Source of the DNA: Torpedo marmorata
Taxonomy: Eukaryota
NCBI GenBank assembly: GCA_977017645.1
Contig: OZ360224.1
Coordinates: forward strand, 44,764,001-44,828,000
Direction: 5' to 3'
Length of the DNA stretch: 64,000 nucleotides
Under the pieces are notes generated by a model. The model was not told where the DNA came from, searched no databases, and saw only the letters and a program-made list of their open reading frames with translations. This document shows, piece after piece, positions 62,062-64,000 of the stretch. The position numbers and the translations under genes are program-made. Each line of letters begins with the position of its first letter. Within the stretch, counting starts at the first letter, position 1.

Positions 62062-63515
62062 ACCGAAAATCTGTAGACACTGTGGTTGGAGCAAAAAACA
62101 CAAATGCTGGAGAAACTCAGCAGGTCAAACAGTGTCTTTTATGTAGCAAAGGTAGAAATACATAACCGATGTTTCGGGCTTGAGCCCTTCATCAAAGTAT
62201 GAGAAAATGCCGGCAGGCGTCCGAACAAAAGAGTGAGGGGAGAAAGGGGGTGGCGAAGGCAGGAGATGATAAGTGGATAAAGGAGGGAGAGGACAGCAGC
62301 AAAGAGAGGGAGGAGGGATGGCTGGGTGGGTGGAAAAAACAGGAAGGACAGGTGAGGGGGGAGGGGAAGGAAAAGACAAGCAGGTTTAGTGGAAAGCAGA
62401 AAAGTCAATGTTAATGCCATCTGGCTGGAGAGTGCCCAGATGGAAAATGAGATGTTGTTCCTCCAATTTGCAGGTAGTCTGGGTGGGATAGTACATAAGG
62501 CCATGGACAGACATGTGAGTGTGGGAGTGTGACTCGGAATTGAAATGGCTGGCTAGTGGGAGGTCGCTGTTGTTGTGGACGGAGAGGAGGTGCTCAGCAA
62601 AGCGATCTCCCAATCTACAACCGGTCTCTCCGATATAGAGAAAGCCACAAAGGGAGCACTGGATGCAGTAAATATGTTCTCTGGATGTACAAGTGAAGTG
62701 TAGTTTCACTTGAAAGGCCTGTTTGGGGCCCCGGACCGTGGTGAGGGGGGAGGTGTGGGCGCAGGTGTTGCACCTCCTGCGGGCACAGGGGAAGGTGCCG
62801 GGGGTGCGATGGGTGGGGAGGGATGAGTGCATGAGGGAATCGTGGAGGAAGCGGTCCCTGCGGAAGGCCGAGAGGGGAGGAGAAGGAAAAATGTGTCTGG
62901 TGGTGGGATCCTGTAGTAAGTGCCGGAAATTCCGGCAGATAATGTGTTGGATGCGGAGGCTGGTGGGGTGATAGGTGAGGATGAGGGGGATTCTATGTTT
63001 GTTGCATCTGGGGGCAGAGGGGGCCTGGGCAGATGAGCGGGAAATGGAGGAGATGCGGGTGAAGGCTGAGTTGATGGTGGTGGAGGGGAAGCCACATTTG
63101 TGGAAGAAGGCAGACATTTCAGAAGATCTGGACTGGAAGACCTCATCTTGGGAACAGATGAGGCAGAGACGGAGAAATTGAGAGAAGGGGATGGAATCCT
63201 AGGGTGTGAGGAAGTGTAGTCCAGATAGTTGTGGGAGTTGGAGGGTTTGTAGTAAATGTCGGTGGAAAGCTTGTCTCCTGAGATGGAGACAGAGAGATCC
63301 AGGAAGGGGAGAGTATTATCGGAGATGGACCAGGTGAGTTTGAGATCGTGGTGGAAGTTCGATGCGAAGTGGATGAAGTTGACAAGCTCATCACGGGTGC
63401 ATGAGGCAGCCCCGATGTAGTCGCCGATATAACTGAGGAAGAGATGAGGGGTCTTGCCTGTGTAGGCTTGCAGCATGGATTGCTCCACAAAGCCCACAAA
63501 CAGGCAGGCGTAGTG
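62062..63515 (-). mobile_element. Penelope-like element, 5'-truncated (RT C-terminal part, GIY-YIG, terminus)
   Basis: RT motifs YACLFVGFVEQ, YIGDYIG (decayed YIDD) and LPFLDLSV..DIYYKP, then a frameshift into ORF 62386-63117 with C..C, HIYCIQC..CGFLYIGETG and EQHLIFHLGTLQPDGIN. Confidence 0.93.
62161..62201 (-). ncRNA. Minimal type I hammerhead-like motif in a Penelope terminus
   Basis: Minus strand reads CAUACU UUGAUGA A GGGC UCAA GCCC GAAAC AUC GGUUAUG. Confidence 0.6.
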
Positions 63516-64000
63516 ATCTGGAACGATGAATTTGTTTCTGACCTGCCGGGAGGCCGACGATGTCTCTGTTCCTGACCTGCCGGGAGGCCGACACCAGCAC
63601 CGCTCCTGCGTTGTGATTTGGAACACATGCGCAGATTTCCGTCGCTCTCTCTCCCTCTTCAGTCTCTCTCCCTCCCCAGCAATGGCAATCTGCACATGTG
63701 TTCCAAATAGGAGGTGCTGGACAAGGGGGGGTTGCGGCGGCGCTGGACAGGCAGGGGGTGGGGGTTGCAGCGGCCTCCGTAACTGTATGACGACTCCGCT
63801 GCTGCCGGTAGGTTGACGTCCCCGACGTTCCACTAACTACCGATGAAACCGACACGGGATTTTCAAGTGTGAGTTAAGTATAGGTCGCGTCGGGTCATGT
63901 ATGGTGAACGCAAGACATCCATGAAAAAAAGTTTGGTTTTTAGAAGCTTTCCGGTTTTCGGAATTCCATATAAAAGGTTAGGCACCTATACTGCACTTGC

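Larger units (their letters stand above)
62034..63988. mobile_element. TA-flanked MITE disrupted by a Penelope insertion
   Basis: TA|caggtgcctaaccttttat at the left end and ataaaaggttaggcaccta|TA at the right end are terminal inverted repeats. Confidence 0.8.

Noticed and set aside
62706-63833. 375-aa ORF as an intact protein or active retroelement
   Set aside because: Chimera of MITE interior, a partial RT with a mutated catalytic motif (YIGD) and an out-of-frame Pro/Ser-rich tail.

Overview
Vertebrate genomic DNA, most likely from a cartilaginous fish (inferred from the repeat repertoire; probably a ray). It contains a complete TFAP2B (AP-2 beta) gene on the + strand: seven coding exons from 1214 to 43268 (1368 nt, 455 aa, all GT-AG and phase-compatible), an alternative first coding exon at 4742-4768 and a probable 3'UTR of about 5.8 kb. 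The first ~16.6 kb has no recognisable transposons and retains CpG. The middle of intron 3 and everything beyond ~49.7 kb are rich in CR1, Rex1/Babar, Penelope-like, SINE and MITE relics. The most notable non-gene signals are three. (1) Penelope-like element termini carry minimal hammerhead-ribozyme motifs, and one terminus forms a 95-bp-arm hairpin insertion with a target-site duplication in intron 5. (2) A young 5S-rRNA-derived SINE family (three copies) has a tail resembling the local Rex1/Babar LINE ends. (3) A short uORF overlaps the first TFAP2B start codon. All family assignments come from motif recognition by eye; no searches were run. I see no prokaryotic or CRISPR content, and nothing here can be called a new system without the checks listed.
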